Of a stretch of DNA of 64,000 nucleotides, positions 62,391 to 64,000 are shown one piece after another (the stretch's first letter is position 1; the number at the start of each line of letters is the position of its first letter). Location of the stretch: contig CADAGX010000013.1 in assembly GCA_902787575.1 (NCBI GenBank), positions 172-64,171 of the forward strand. Direction: 5' to 3'. Below the pieces are notes generated by a model. That model was not told where the DNA came from. It saw only the letters and a list, made by a program, of their open reading frames with translations, and did not search any database. The stretch is from an uncultured Bacteroidales bacterium. Its GTDB lineage: Bacteria > Bacteroidota > Bacteroidia > Bacteroidales > Bacteroidaceae. The translations under genes and the position numbers were made by a program.

Positions 62391-62819
62391 ATGTTACCAG
62401 TAATGTTTAAAAACAGTTGGATTCCGACAGTGTTTAACGATTTCCTGAACACAGATTTCATGCCTCGTGCCAACAGTACCGCACCCGCCGTGAATGTCAG
62501 GGAAGATGAGAAAGCCTACACAATGGAAATGGCAGCGCCGGGTATCAAGAAAGAGTACTGCAGAGTTAGTCTGACGCAAGAAGGAAATCTCTGCATCTCC
62601 ATTGAAAACAAGATGGAACACAAGGAGGAAAGCAAGAAACAGCACTATGTTCGCCGCGAATTCTCCTACAGCAACTACGAGCAGTGTTACACGCTGCCTG
62701 AAGATGTGGAACGCGAAAAGATTTCTGCAAAGGTGGAAGACGGCATTCTCACCGTCACACTGCCCAAACAGACCAAGGAAGAAAAGCAGAAGACATCGCG
62801 CAGCATTACGGTGGCCTGA
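62391..62819 (+). CDS. Hsp20/alpha-crystallin small heat-shock protein
   Basis: The alpha-crystallin domain has PAVNV.E.E..Y..E.A.PG..K, F.R.F.LP..V and A....GIL.V.LPK. Confidence 0.85.
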   Translation: MLPVMFKNSWIPTVFNDFLNTDFMPRANSTAPAVNVREDEKAYTMEMAAPGIKKEYCRVSLTQEGNLCISIENKMEHKEESKKQHYVRREFSYSNYEQCYTLPEDVEREKISAKVEDGILTVTLPKQTKEEKQKTSRSITVA

Positions 62820-62857
62820 CGCATAGCGAAGAGCAAACGCAAGACATCTGTCCATAC

Positions 62858-62900
62858 GAGGGGCGACAATCTCTGACGAGGTTGCCGCCCCTCTCTTTTT
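62858..62900 (+). terminator. Rho-independent terminator
   Basis: GAGGGGCGACAA, a 12-nt loop, then TTGCCGCCCCTC (1 mismatch), followed by TCTTTTTCGTTT. Confidence 0.6.
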
Positions 62901-62962
62901 CGTTTGACGGAAAATGAGACACGTGTATCGGCCAAATGGTTTGCGGTTTAAAAAGAATGTAG

Positions 62963-62970
62963 TATCTTTG
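62963..62970 (+). promoter_or_regulatory. -7 box (TATCTTTG)
   Basis: Lies 37 nt upstream of ATG 63008. Confidence 0.4.
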
Positions 62971-63007
62971 TCCTCAGAAACGCAAAAAAGAAGAAAAACC
63001 TTAGACG

Positions 63008-64000
63008 ATGAAAGAAAAAAGTTTCAGACACACCGGAGCAGCCATCCTGTGCGCCATTGTTCTCACCGTGACGGCCATTGGCTGCCAGACGAAGCACGCT
63101 TCCACACCCATCAGCTTCGAGCGGGGAGGATGGGACTCGTTGGTTTATGCAGAACTGAGCCAACTAATTGCAGATAATGCGCACAAAGGCAATTATGCCG
63201 TGTTCGACTTCGACAAAACCACCATTGCGCACGACATTTCCAACGCCGTGATGATATACCAGATTGAGCATCTGCGCTTCGGCGACGCAGTGCAGTGTGC
63301 TTTTTCCAACGGCATACCGTCGATAAAAGAACCCCTCAACGGCATCGGCATCTCGTCGGCCGAGATGGGATTGGACATCAAGAAAGATTACCGCCAAATG
63401 CAGGCGATGATGGACCGAGGCATGACACTGGAGGAAGTGCAGCAGACGGACGTGTATCTCGACTATCGCGCTCGCTTTATCTCGTTTCTCGATGCGCTGA
63501 ACCAGACGTTCCCCGTGGAGGTATGGTACGCGTGGATGCCCGGTCTGCTGGGCGGTTTCACGCGCGAGGAAGCCAAAGCTGTAATACGCGACGCGCTCTA
63601 CGAGCATTACGGCAAGGAGAAAGTCTGCGTCGAAGAGTGGCGCTCGCCCGACGGCCGCTGGGGCGGCAAGGTGGAAAGAGGTGTTTACCTGCCCGACGAG
63701 ATACGGAATCTCTACCGCGCACTGGACGAAAACGAAATAGATGCCTACGTATGCTCAGCCTCGTCTGAACTCATCGTGGAAACCTTTGCCTGCGACACAG
63801 TTCTCGGCCTTGGTTTGCCAGAAGATCGCGTCTTCGGACTTCGATTTGAGGACGCCGACACTGTAACTGCGGACTACGAAAAAGACTATCCCCAGTCTAT
63901 GTTTGCAGGGAAAGTGCAGTGCATCCGCACGTGCATCGCACCTCAATACGACGGGCGCGACCCAGTGCTGGTGGCAGGCGACAGCAACGGTGACGTGGCC
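63008..64000 (+). CDS. HAD-superfamily (IB-like) hydrolase lipoprotein, 3' end outside window
   Basis: This ORF is not in the supplied track because no stop is reached. I translated 331 codons by hand with no stop. It has a lipobox TAIGC, motif I FDFDKTT, and motif IV GDSNGD at the window edge. Confidence 0.7.
   Translation, partial: MKEKSFRHTGAAILCAIVLTVTAIGCQTKHASTPISFERGGWDSLVYAELSQLIADNAHKGNYAVFDFDKTTIAHDISNAVMIYQIEHLRFGDAVQCAFSNGIPSIKEPLNGIGISSAEMGLDIKKDYRQMQAMMDRGMTLEEVQQTDVYLDYRARFISFLDALNQTFPVEVWYAWMPGLLGGFTREEAKAVIRDALYEHYGKEKVCVEEWRSPDGRWGGKVERGVYLPDEIRNLYRALDENEIDAYVCSASSELIVETFACDTVLGLGLPEDRVFGLRFEDADTVTADYEKDYPQSMFAGKVQCIRTCIAPQYDGRDPVLVAGDSNGDVA

Overview
This 64-kb chromosomal segment looks like a Prevotella/Segatella-type Bacteroidales genome. 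The evidence is TAnnTTTG -7 promoter boxes, almost no Shine-Dalgarno sites, many lipoprotein signals, a T9SS C-terminal sorting domain, and the tmRNA tag GENNYALAA. I call about 63 protein genes (two run off the window edges) and one tmRNA. I saw no rRNA, tRNA, CRISPR, transposase, integrase or phage genes. Main blocks are as follows. (i) 1-7036: envelope and cell-division genes (YihY, lipoproteins, a short Wza, RNase Y, ZapA). (ii) 7058-26584: a large capsule/EPS locus built from two convergent operons. It includes Wzc, Wzi, a WecA-GT4 fusion, GH26, two GT4 enzymes, EpsG/Wzy, LicD, a cytidylyltransferase remnant, Wzx, Wzz, a long SLBB Wza and two phosphoglycosyl transferases. (iii) 27095-37445: ssrA followed by housekeeping genes (purH-like, pgeF, obg, adk, hpt, nnrD, fba). 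(iv) 37470-49712: a SusD-less TonB-dependent transporter operon with OB-fold surface lipoproteins, surrounded by three secreted nucleases of three different folds. I rate this as the best candidate for an undescribed system, namely extracellular nucleic-acid capture and import. (v) 50261-64000: rpsF-rpsR-rplI, glpKF, thiD, LMW-PTP, UDG, topB, OmpA-like, hsp20 and HAD. The strongest non-coding signal is a dispersed family of about 22-bp phased, dyad-symmetric repeats (idealised unit AAAATGCGACGCGTCGCATTTT, core ACRYGT) in at least 8 intergenic regions. Other non-coding signals are a near-consensus sigma-54 promoter plus a rare strong SD in front of hsp20, a heptanucleotide microsatellite in a promoter region, and a CCTACAC-repeat structured element. 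All functional calls rest on reading the translations and recalling family motifs. No database search was run.
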